Assembly (NCBI GenBank): GCA_030295235.1
Contig: AP026150.1
Span: 62,001 to 126,000 of the forward strand
Reading direction: 5' to 3'
Source of the DNA: Fistulifera solaris
Lineage: Eukaryota
DNA: 64,000 nucleotides
The notes under the pieces were generated by a model, which saw nothing but the letters and a program-made list of their open reading frames with translations, did no database searches and was not told where the DNA came from. A program made the position numbers and the translations under genes. Below are positions 13,155-24,384 of this stretch, one piece after another; within the stretch, counting starts at the first letter, position 1; every line of letters starts with the position of its first letter.

Positions 13155-15317
13155 ATGGTCCCCCGAATTCTCATGTTCAGTGTATTACTTTTGTGGCGTG
13201 CGACACGCACTGTGGCGTTTACAAGCCGTCGCAGGATGATGCGGCCCGTGATGTTATTCAGCACCACATCATCATCATCAACATGCACGGAATTCAAAGG
13301 CATGGAATGGTTACAAGATGCTGTCGTAGAAGTCTTGAATGAATTGTACGATCCGAAAGAAGTTGCCAAGGGTAACTTATTGTTGCAATGGCAAAAGAAT
13401 CAAAAAAAAGAACAAGAAGAACAAGAACAAGAACAAGAAAAAAGACACCAGTGACGACGACGACGACGACGACAGTGGTAGTAGTAGTAGTACGATCGTG
13501 TCTGACGCTAAACAAACACAATTATTGGAACAAGCCGCCGCACAGGCTCAACCCTTTCACGACATCAAGCCATGGTGACACCGGCGACACGATCGGAATT
13601 TGGTGATTTTCAAGTCAATGCCGCCATGGGATTGGCGCAAGCCTTGCAACTCAATCCACGAGAGTGTGCGCAACAAATGGTAGAACAATTGCGACCAAAA
13701 ATTGCCCAAATTATGGAAGAACCGGAAATTGCCGGACCCGGATTTGTCAATTTGCGATTCAAACCCTCGTATTTGACGAATGCGGTGGCGGCCATGGCGA
13801 ATGATGCTTCGGGGCGTTTGGCGTTGCCGGCTGTAGCACAAAAACAAAAGATCGTGGTCGATTATTCGTCACCGAATATTGCCAAAGAAATGCATGTGGG
13901 ACATTTGCGTTCCACGATTATTGGTGATACATTGTGTCGTGTATTGAATTTGTGGGACATGATGTCGTGCGACTCAATCATGTTGGTGATTGGGGGACCC
14001 AGTTTGGCATGTTGGTGGAACATTTACGGGATGAATTCCCCGAAGCGTTGCAACCGTCGCAAAAGCCTGTGGATTTGGGTGATTTGGTCGTCTTGTACAA
14101 GGCAGCTAAGAAGCGGTTTGATGAGGATGATGATTTCAAAATACGAGCCCGGGAAGGTGTCGTCAAATTGCAAGCCGGACAACCGGAAGAATTGGCGGCG
14201 TGGGAAACACTCTGTGCGGCCAGTCGAGTCGAATTTGAAAAAATATACCGTATGCTCAACATTCAAGGATTACAAGAACGGGGCGAATCATTCTACAATC
14301 CTTATCTCAAAGACGTAGTCGACGAACTCAAAGCCAAAGGCATGGCCGTGGAAAGTGATGGCGCCACCGTTGTTTACATGGAAGGCTACACCAACCGGGA
14401 TGGTTCTCCTTTACCGATGATTGTCCAAAAATCCGATGGTGGCTTCAATTATGCTACCACCGATTTGGCCGCCATCCGACAACGCACCTTGTTGTCAGCA
14501 TCGGAAGAAGGAGGCGAACAGGCTGATCGCGTCTTGTACGTGACAGATGCGGGCCAAAGTCAACATTTCCAAATGGTCTTTCAAGCGGCGAAACAAGCTG
14601 GATTCGTTCCCACAAACGCACGATTGGAACATGTTCCCTTTGGACTGGTCCAAGGAGAAGACGGTAAAAGTTTGCCACCCGATCGGGTGAAACCGTCAAA
14701 TTAAAAGATTTGTTGAACGAAGCGGTCAAATTGCCGGACACGATCTGCGATCGCGGAATGCCGCCACGACCAATGCTTCCTATTTGGAACAAATCGATCG
14801 CATTGCCCAAATTGTGGGCATCGGTGCCGTCAAATACGCCGATTTGTCCATGAACCGTGAATCCAATTATCGTTTCAGTTACGATCGCATGTTGAGTTTG
14901 AATGGCAATACGGCACCGTACATGTTGTACTCGTACGCTCGTATTTGTGGAATTGTCCGAAAGGGCAGTGGTCAAACCGACGACGACGACGACGATGCTG
15001 CTGCCTTATCATCATTAGAGTGGCCCGCCGCGGCTAACATTGTGGTGTCGCACGAGACGGAACTGGAATTGATGCGCAATTTGGTGAAATTACCCGACGT
15101 GGTTGCCGAAGTCGAACGCGATTTGTATCCTCACAAGATTTGTGATTATTTGTTCGAAACATCTCAAAAATTCAATCAATTTTACGAACATTGTTCCGTG
15201 AATCAAGCAGAAACTCTTGAATTGAAAGCAAGTCGCTTGACGTTATGTGTCGCCACGGCCGGAACCTTGCGACTATTATTGAATTTGTTGGGCATTGAAG
15301 TCGTTGAGCGGCTCTAA
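13155..15317 (+). CDS. argS: Arginyl-tRNA synthetase, organellar (bipartite plastid presequence)
   Basis: [77 protein letters not shown]-terminal LGIEVVERL. Signal peptide ends TVA-F. Several apparent indel errors. Confidence 0.95.
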
Positions 15318-15336
15318 GGAACGGGACGATGGATGG

Positions 15337-15371
<35 letters not shown>

Positions 15372-15487
15372 CGTGAAGCTAAACACATGATTCTTCTTCT
15401 TTTTCTTCTTCTTTTTCTTATTATTATTATTGTTCTTGTTGCTACTACTATTGGAATGGTAGTTCGCACATGTGCATGTGCACTTTT

Positions 15488-16426
15488 TTACATTCCAAGT
15501 TCACACGACGACTCACTCCTCCTCCAAAGGTTGTTTGTTCTTTTTCTTTTCATAATTTGTTCGACAGTATATTCATCCTTACCTTGATGCAAGACGTGTG
15601 CCAACCAATGCAAGGTGTTTGGATCGATTACATCATCCAATAAGGGGGTGGGATTGCATATTAACATGGCACTGCCCTGCAAACCCGTTTTTCGAATCAC
15701 AATGTTGGCATAATATCGTCCCACTTTGGCCTTTTCTTGAGCCAAGGCACGCAATCGTGTCGCAAAGGACCATCGGAATTTGTGTCCTTGTACAAAAGGA
15801 ATCCACACGAGTACCGTCGCGTACGGATTCCGATCAAGAATGCGTTCCAATAAGGCTTGGACCGCCGCATATTCCTCGTCGTGCCCAAAACCGCCATCCA
15901 ATAAGATGACATTGTGTTTGTCACTATTATCACGAGGCATTAAGAAATTTAACGTGGCTGGATCATAACAATCGAGTGGTTGAAAATTGGCTGGATTGTG
16001 CAAACCTTCTACTTGTTGCATGTAACAATCGGTACACCGGTGTTCATCGATGCCGGGCCGGAGTAATGTTTGTGTGAGAAGTGGTGATCCAGGATAAAGT
16101 TCGAAATCATCGTAATTTTCGGCACCGACTGTTTCTAATACCGTTTGTATGTAGGTCCGAATCGGAGCAGGAATTTCGTATTTCTTGGTTGTACTACAAT
16201 ACCGCTGTAAGACTTTCCCAATGCCTTGTTTCCATTTTCCTTCTTGCGAGTCCAGCGCATAGACACCGTATCCAGAATGTGCATCCGCTACCATCAATCC
16301 TTCCGGATGGACTTTTTGCAATTCTTGTAGGACATTCACCAATAATAAATGTTTCAAGACATCGGCGTGATTGCCCGCGTGGTCTTCGTGTTTGTAAAAG
16401 AATGATGTTGGTGGTTGTTCGGTCAT
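15488..16426 (-). CDS. RlmJ-like (23S rRNA m6A2030 methyltransferase family) protein with altered catalytic motif
   Basis: YKHEDHAGNHADVLKH, DAHSGYGVY, YPGSP, VWIP and GSAMLICNP match RlmJ motifs. LLDGGF occupies the LIDPPY position. Single exon. Confidence 0.85.
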   Translation of the reverse strand: MTEQPPTSFFYKHEDHAGNHADVLKHLLLVNVLQELQKVHPEGLMVADAHSGYGVYALDSQEGKWKQGIGKVLQRYCSTTKKYEIPAPIRTYIQTVLETVGAENYDDFELYPGSPLLTQTLLRPGIDEHRCTDCYMQQVEGLHNPANFQPLDCYDPATLNFLMPRDNSDKHNVILLDGGFGHDEEYAAVQALLERILDRNPYATVLVWIPFVQGHKFRWSFATRLRALAQEKAKVGRYYANIVIRKTGLQGSAMLICNPTPLLDDVIDPNTLHWLAHVLHQGKDEYTVEQIMKRKRTNNLWRRSESSCELGM

Positions 16427-17060
16427 TGTGTTTTTTTTTCTTCGTTGTCAAACAAACACAACACAACACAACAAACAAGAACAACAAGATCGTCTCGTTT
16501 GGCTTTGATTATTTGATTTAATTTGATTTGATTATTTGAGTATAAAAAGCAGCGATAATATAGAGTAATATTATAGCAACAATAGAGGGTCACTTGCGTG
16601 TCTTGTTTTTCCAACGACACACACAAGATGGACGGTATAAGAAAGTCATTCTATCGTATCGGTACAATGAAACGAGCTGTGAGGCTCCGCGCACGCTCTC
16701 GTGCGAAGCCGCTCGTCATTGCTGTAGTAGGGTCCAGAAAGTACAAACGAAACAACAAAATCACACACTCCTACCAGGTACTACAGAAAAAACGAACGAA
16801 ACGAAACGAAACGAACGAGAAACGGAAAAAAAAGCCTTCTTCTCGTCAACGCTGCTCCATCGTCGTTCATTCGTTACAAACGAATACGAAAGATATTATT
16901 ATTTGAGAGACGTATACTATTACTATAACAAAATATAGACTTTTCGTCTTTGTTTCATCATCCACTCCGTTGATCTTTTGCAGATAGATAGTGCAATCTT
17001 CACCACAAACAAAACAAACAAACAAACAAAACAAACAAAACAAACAAACAAGCAAGCAAC

Positions 17061-17992
17061 ATGAACGATAAAATGGTCCCCGTGCAAATCGAAAAATACG
17101 TCAATGCAATTGGTGATTTCATGGACAAACATCCTACCACGACCATGAATGGTACGTGTATGTGTGCTTGTGCTTGTGCTTGTATATATATATGCTTGTG
17201 TATGTATGCTTTTGTATGTCAATGATGTAAATGGAAAGAGAAAGTGAGAAAGGAATAACAATAGGAAGGAATGCTAGAAAAAGAACGGACTTGTAAATCT
17301 GCCGGCATGGAATACGAGTGATTCTTGTTGTCGTTTGCCGGATTGTTGAGTGTTACGTTTGTTCTAGAGTCGTCACACCAACAAACAACAATCCGTGTTT
17401 CCTCTCCTTCTTGTGTTACTGTGCAACACTACGTACCTGACTGCTTCTTCTATTGTGTGTGTGTGCCTACCAAAGGAGTTGCTCCTATTCTATTAGAAAG
17501 TCTACGTTCGTTCTTTTCTCATTTCACTCTCGTTCTTCTTTTCTTTTTCTTTTTCTTTTCTTTTTCTTTTCTTTTCTCTTGTAAATTTCAGACAAACTCC
17601 AAGACTTGGAACAGAAAACAGGATACCACAAGGTCTACTTTTTTGTCACGGGCGCGGTCGCTTCTCTCAGTGCCTTGTGGTTGTTGGGAGGCGTCAAACT
17701 CTTGGTCGATTTGTTGGGATTCGTCTATCCCGCCTACATGTCCTTCAAGTCCATGGATTCCGGCAGTCACGATGATACACAGTGGTTGACCTATTGGGTC
17801 GTCTTTTCGTTCCTCTCCATTGTCGAAAATTTGTTGAGTGTCATTGTTACGGCCATTCCCTTTTATTTTTGGATCAAAATGGGAATCATTGTGTGGATGT
17901 ACGCTCCTTCGACGCGGGGTGCCGAAGTCATGTATCAGCAAGGTTTGCGACCGTTGTTGGCGCCTTATTTGGAGGCAGCGAAGAAAGATTAA
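17061..17992 (+). CDS. TB2/DP1/HVA22 (REEP/Yop1) ER-shaping protein
   Basis: GFVYPAYMSFKS...DDTQWLTYWVV...IPFYFWIK...GAEVMY. Exon 1 is 17061-17151 and the intron GTACGT...TTTCAG spans 17152-17591. Confidence 0.9.
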
Positions 17993-18622
17993 TCGGGAAA
18001 GAGAGAAAAAAAGAGTCTTTTCTTTTTTTAAAAGTGAGTAGAGTCGTCACCCGTATTCATCAAAATGATACCTATTAGGACCCACAATCTTTATGAGTGT
18101 ATCTTTTTAATCGATGTACTTGCTTGCATGCTATGGCGTCCCATTGACTAAGACCCTGAGGATTGGGGTCTCTAGCCAAAAGATCGTATCAGTTGCAGGA
18201 TCTCCAGTCACCAGTCACTAATAACTTGCGGAAACGTGGTTTCGGAAATACTCGTACCAGGCTTCCAGGTCATGAGTCATGAATGAACGGAAACAACGAC
18301 TGACTGATGACTGACGACGACTCCTCGTTCCTCGTTGACCGTTGAGACTTCAAAAATCGCCATGTGCAAAATGCGAACTCCGTATCATCAGTCATGCGTC
18401 CGATTTTCGTCATATCCCGTGTGCAAAGAATGGTACCAGGTAGGTCCGGTGAAACCCAACACGGTACAAAGAACAAAGGCAGAATAAGTCTTAATACCGG
18501 TGACCACTAAACTTATATATTGCATTCTCCGCAACTGACCTCATCCATACAAAATACAAAATTGTACTTGTACCGACGAAGAAGAACCCGAAAAAAAAAG
18601 AGAAGAATCATCCAGGGAAGGA

Positions 18623-18687
18623 CGTTAAAATTCTGCCTCCCAGTACAAGATTATACGTAGCGCCCACGACGAGGCAGAATTTTAACG
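18623..18687. repeat. Perfect 17-bp inverted repeat with 31-nt spacer
   Basis: CGTTAAAATTCTGCCTC (18623-18639) and GAGGCAGAATTTTAACG (18671-18687). Confidence 0.9.
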
Positions 18688-19269
18688 CCGTTTCCAGGCA
18701 TTTTCACCGAAAACTGTCGTTTTGCCATACTCCGCGCCCTTCCGCCGCCACCGCAAAGTCTACGAGATTTCTACATAAAAATTGTACCACCCAATGCGAG
18801 CGCAGAAACGACTTTGTTTGTACCGGATTCTACATGCGAGGTACGAGAGGAATTTGCGACGATCGTTGTCACGTAAAATAACACGGGAGACTGCAAAACG
18901 CACCGTACAAACGGAAACATTTGGCCAGAGAGAGACCTCGAGCTCGAGGCAGCAGCAGCAGCAGGAGCAGCGTTGCATTTGTAGGGTGGTGGCGTGTTGT
19001 GTCTTCCCCCTTTCTGTTTTTTCTCTCTCCCTTTCTCTCTCTGGTTGCTGGTTCTTTTCCTTTTTTTCTCTACCAACGACAACTAACTTGAAAAACACAT
19101 TTTCGTTTGTAAATTGAAAAATCATTTACCGACTTGACAAACAGCGTGAAGAAAAGAGAGCTTGCGTGTGCTAACCAGCATTTGTGAGAGCCATTCGTTC
19201 TTTTTTTTCTTCTTTCCTATAATACCCCGGAGTATATTTATATATTTTTAAATAATATTATTTGACACA

Positions 19270-20250
19270 ATGCCACCCGACGCGGAAAATTCTTCCTTCG
19301 CCGATAAACCCATCAAACACAAACGCCGGTATTGTCGTTCGGAAGGATGTACAAATATCGTCAAATCGCAAGGTCTTTGTCAACGGCACGGCGCCAAACC
19401 CCGCATGTGCAAAGTCGAACATTGTAGTAAACAGGCACAGGGGAACTTTGATGGTATGTGCAAATCACATTTCAAGGCATTGAAACGAATTCCGGTCGTG
19501 ACAGCCGTCACACACGCATCCTCCTCCTACTCCGCCGCCTTGGCCTCGGCCACCACCGGACGATCTTCCTCCTCTTCCTATTCCTCCTACTCCTCTGTCT
19601 ATGACACAATCTTACCCGCGAGTATGATGTGGAAACCCGAATCGGGAACACCGATGCCATTGGTACAACATTTGGCGTGTGGTTTTGCGGAAAAACCACC
19701 CGCGTGGCATCGCAATGAAGAACGACACGCTCGAGGATTACCACCCGTCCACAATCCCGCTACACAACTCGAACCGTGGGAAAAGGAACTCGTGTGGACC
19801 GAAATTTTATTATTGACTGGCAATCCCGAATCCAGTTTTCGACATTTGGCCCGGGGATGGGGTCGTGACAAAGGATTTCATACCGTCTTGGCGCAATCGA
19901 TTTGTGAACGACGAGGAAATGTCGAACGCAAGAACAAGCGAAAACGAGCGGAAGAAGAAGAAGAAAATGAAGAAGAAAATGAAGAAGAGAATGAAGAACG
20001 CTTGGTGACGGAACCGATTGGTATTGATGTTTACGATGAAGCTGTCTATGGGGATATTGCCTACCATGAAGCCTTGGCTGCCGATTTGTTTTATTTTCCA
20101 TCGCAACAGAGTCCACCGCACAGCATGTTTTCCACATTGGACGAATCATCATCGTCTCATTTGGAGCCTTTGACGCTGCATTCCACAACAACCACAACAA
20201 CCACAACATCAACAACTCTGAATCGAGCGAATCATGTCAAGGAAGTATAA
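19270..20250 (+). CDS. Protein with WRKY19-like C-x4-C...C-x2-H zinc-finger repeats
   Basis: CRSEGCTNIVKSQGLCQRHG and CKVEHCSKQAQGNFDGMCKSH. Intact 326-aa ORF with basic KNKRKR. Confidence 0.7.
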   Translation: MPPDAENSSFADKPIKHKRRYCRSEGCTNIVKSQGLCQRHGAKPRMCKVEHCSKQAQGNFDGMCKSHFKALKRIPVVTAVTHASSSYSAALASATTGRSSSSSYSSYSSVYDTILPASMMWKPESGTPMPLVQHLACGFAEKPPAWHRNEERHARGLPPVHNPATQLEPWEKELVWTEILLLTGNPESSFRHLARGWGRDKGFHTVLAQSICERRGNVERKNKRKRAEEEEENEEENEEENEERLVTEPIGIDVYDEAVYGDIAYHEALAADLFYFPSQQSPPHSMFSTLDESSSSHLEPLTLHSTTTTTTTTSTTLNRANHVKEV

Positions 20251-20425
20251 CTTTCTTGTGAGTGGAAAAGAGATCACCAGAGAATGTTGTGTAACAACAA
20301 GTCTAGCACTACTATTTGTCGATAACGTATTCTATTACTCCGTATGAGAATCACAACCTAATATCTAATATTGATACGAATACTTCTACTACTACAAGTA
20401 GTATTATTAGTAGTACTATTCTTCT

Positions 20426-20760
20426 TTAGAAACCATGCAACACAATACTTTCGGCATGACAAATTTCTTGCGCCGTCAAAAATTCTTTCACGTTGGTGCG
20501 TTGATCTCCACTGAGTTGAATAACTTCACCGGCATCTTCATCTTGTTGGACGGCTCCGTTGCACGAAAAGGTCTTTTGAAGGCCTTGCAAATGCGTTTAA
20601 TATCCAAATCATCGGCCAATCCAGCGACGGTGGTAATGCATTTCCGTCCGTTGCGTTGTTGGACCCGGACGTGGACTTTTTTCTTCCGTCGTGACGCCGC
20701 CCTTGTCACCGGCGTCTTCGAAGGCGTCTGGAAAAAGAAAAAAGAGAATCGTAACGAATT

Positions 20761-20798
<38 letters not shown>

Positions 20799-21005
20799 AA
20801 TTATTATTATTGTAACAAGAAAATCAGTAAGAATAGTAACGAATGTGTGTGTGTGTGTGAGAGAGAGAGAGAAAAAGAAAAAGAGAGAAATGTTAGAAAA
20901 CACAGATGGCGGTTTCCTTTCCTCGCCCAATCATCCATTCTCTTTGTGCTTCCCCACAAACAAGAACGTACCAAACGCATTGAAATTCATTTGTGCCGTT
21001 GTCAT
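20426..21005 (-). CDS. SUI1: Translation initiation factor eIF1/SUI1
   Basis: KVHVRVQQRNGRKCITTVAGL...KAFK..FSCNG...EVIQLSGDQR...VLHGF*. Intron 20728-20971 (GTACGT...CAG). Two homopolymer indels. Confidence 0.93.
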
Positions 21006-22135
21006 GATGATGTTAGCTTTGATAGTAACTGTATATATAACGAAAGATAGAAAGAAAGAAAGAAGGTGAAAATGTATTGCGTAAGGAGTTTGTTGACTTT
21101 TGTATACCTGGTACCGGTACTGTATATTCTATCGATCGTTATTATTACTACGTATTTATTTTACGAATGCTGTGTTGTCGTTTTGACTTCCACAATGCGG
21201 CGAAATACCAGGTATCGTCGGTCGTCGGTCGTCTAATGGTGGAAGTGCAACGTGCAACCAAAAGGACCAAAGGGGTGCCACACGCTGGCATTGGCGGACC
21301 GACGGACGGACAGTCCGTTGATTCCGATCCTTACCGTTTCTGAAGTCGGATGTCGGATGCTTCCTCTCTCGGTACACTTCACTTGATACCCAACGACTCG
21401 TGTCTTCCATCGAAATCCAGGAACCGTCTCCCTTTCGGACAATCTACCAGACACAGTGTCACTCAAGTACTACATACATAATACATGACACAACATACAA
21501 CATTGGGAAGAATTGGGATCCAGTCAGGCATTATTTTATGATTTTGGAAAACGAAACGAAAAGTAGGATTCGAATGACTCTCGTAGAAAAGGTAGGCGAT
21601 AGGACAATGCAATGTACAAAGTAGGTCTGACGTCTGACGTGAGACCCCCACCGCGTCACATTCGGAGAGGTGGTTCGATTTCGAAAAAAACAAAACAAGG
21701 GGTGTGGGGGTGTGGGAGAGCGAGAGACGTGGGAGACCAGTACGGTACGTAAAACGTAAACGCTAGCTAGCATCGCATGGCGCGCCCCTCCCCATGGGTG
21801 TGCGTAAGCTTTTCTACGCAACAGTGTTCTTTCGCGCTTTTGTCGTGTGTCGTGTGTCTCTTTCCAGCCAACAAAAAACAATTAAAAAAAATAAAAGAAA
21901 CCAAAAAGAGAAAAGAGCGAGACCGTAAAAAAAGATACAAAGGAAAGCCTTTCGATCGATGTTCCTTTCTTCGTAACAACAAATTCTTTTGGTTCAATTT
22001 CTTCTTTCGTTCGATATTCTACCATTTACAAGAAAATGAATGGTAGTTATTTAGCGTTTCCCGGAGAAGGAAGGAACGATAATAACAACTCATCCGCAAC
22101 ACAAAACAACAATAGAAGTAGTGATTTGTATCATC

Positions 22136-24307
22136 ATGCCAGTTCCTTTTGAATGAATCATCATTCCAACAGCAACAGCAACTACAGCAACAACAACAAC
22201 AACAGCAACAAACACTATACGCGGCCTACCATCCGCACTATTCTTTAACGACAGCAACCACACACGATCATCATCATTCAATTTACATGCCCGCTTCTTT
22301 GCCAGACACTTTGACGTTGAATCATCATTCGCTTCATAACAACATCAACAACAACATCAACAACAATTACTCTTTTTCTTCTTCTTCGTCTGTTCCACAA
22401 CACAACAACGCCCTAAAAGAGTATCCGACGACATCGGCGGATTATCATCATTTAGCTCAATTTGCCGCCGCCGCCGCCGCCGCCGCAGCTCCTCTCGATT
22501 CCTATTACAACAATTTACAACAACCACAACCACCGCAACCACCAAACAATCTAGTATTATCGTATCACGAAACCGACGCTGACCCTCTCGTGTTTATGAC
22601 AAGTCTTTTCTCTGCAACGACAGACGTCCTGCCTCCGTGGTTGGAGGAAGTCACCATTCCGTGTTCGGCACTTTCCTTGACGCCTCTTAAAGGGACGGAA
22701 GTTGTGCAACGCGTACAATGGTGTATGAACGATGTTGTAACGAAATACATTCCGTGTGTCGATTTCTTGGTCGAATGTCAACAATCGTTACGGAAAGGAT
22801 TGGCGGTCGCGACACGTCGGACCACCGGAAGACGACAGGAGGCCATGACACCCGTACAGTTTTGTACAACCTTTGTCGAACCATTGCCGGGACAATTTTA
22901 TATCAAAACCGAGTCGACGATGGAACCCGGGGCACTGCAAGAGGCGGTACGGGAATTGCAGACATTGGTAACGGATGCTCGCAATTGTACGCGACAAGGT
23001 TCGGAAGCTGTCAAGAATACGTTTTTGGGGGGGAATGAAAGATGGGGAATCGTGGGGATTGCGCAAATGGTTGTCACGGCACGGCAATGCGTTGCGGATA
23101 TGTACCGATCTCGAGTGTTTGTTGGCGGCGTGTAAACAATTGGAACGCACTTGTTCAAGAACGCAACAATTGGCGCTGTTACTGCGACCCATGGCGCAGC
23201 GGACGTTGGAGAAATTGAAGAATGATATTCCGGTGTCATATCAAGAAGTTAGTGCCGCGCATCCCTATTTGCCCTTTTTTCATCGCTTGGAAGCAGCGCT
23301 CCGGAACATGTCCCAATTTGATCCAGAAGAAGAAGCAGTTATTTGCATTGATGATGATTCAGATGATGATGATGATGATGATGAAATTGAAGTCTACAAT
23401 GCGCCGCCGCCTCCGCCTAGGAAGCGCAAGCAACAAGAAGAAGTGGTTATGGATGTGAGCAGTCCGAAATTGCCGCCTTTGAAGGAAACGAAAATGGATC
23501 CGGAACAACAGACGATCGCGGTGCAAGTACAAAATAATACGAATGACGAAAGTTCTTCGGGAGAATCTGAAGATGATAGTGTCGTGGAAATTGTGGATGT
23601 CAAGCCCGCCTCAGCGACCATTCAACGGCACGTTCCAGTGTCGAGAAGCCCGAGTGATTCGACAACCAACTGGCCGGTTCCGATCGATGAGCCATACGCC
23701 AAAACCACAGCCGATGCTTTGGCCAACAGTATTGAGCAGTTGGCAGTGGCCATGGAAGAAGAAAAAGCTGGTGGTTCCGCGGGTGTTGGAACGAGAAACA
23801 TTTTGGAATCCATCCAGGTTTGCCAGTGCTTTGCGCTTGTTTGCTCTCATTTTGCGACAACCGGAGGCCATCCATTTTGTTGACAATGTGAACGAAGATG
23901 CTTTGGTCGATTCGGGGCACCGACTCTTTTCACATGTCGTGAAACACCCTTTGTGCTTTCGGGATATTCAGGCCGCGCTTATCCAGAATGACAGCCAAAG
24001 TGAATCCTTGGTCCCTCGCACCAACAATGGCAAATTGCTCAGTCCATCGCAGTGGAATATGTGGAAAGGATCGGAATTGTTGCAAGCCATTGATCTTATC
24101 TTCTTGAACTCTTTGGCTTATGGACAAGCCTTGGGGGAAGGGAAATCGCAGCATCGGTCCAAAGTCAATAAATTACGCAAAACGCTGTGGAATGGCATTC
24201 ACGCCATCCTGCAAGCCGAATGTGATGCGGCAGCTCGTCGGCTTTACACTCCCACACGCCGATCCGAAGACAGCGGCTTTGTCGTGTACAAAATACAGGA
24301 GAGATGA
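22136..24307 (+). CDS. Large nuclear protein with polyQ/polyH N-terminus and divergent C-terminal bromodomain-like region
   Basis: ORFs 22149-23135, 22975-23883 and 23543-24307 are joined by frameshifts. ILRQPEAIHFVDNV...FSHVVKHPLCFRDIQ...IDLIFLNSLAY resembles the bromodomain ZA loop and helices. PPPRKRK is NLS-like. Confidence 0.6.
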
Positions 24308-24384
24308 CATACTAATAATAAGCATTATAGTATGATTATAATTTCTATGCTACAATGGGAATGCGTGTTTTCATAAGTCTTTAC

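Noticed and set aside
13155..15317. Multiple frameshifts in ArgRS (also in eIF1, AzgA, NDH-2 and AFG1) as pseudogenisation or programmed frameshifting
   Set aside because: Indels are pervasive, often fall in homopolymers, hit essential genes and differ among near-identical tandem copies. Uncorrected long-read error explains them best.
17152..17591. Intronic box C/D snoRNA in the long REEP intron
   Set aside because: Only an imperfect ATGATG and a distant CTGA are present, with no terminal stem or recognisable rRNA guide.
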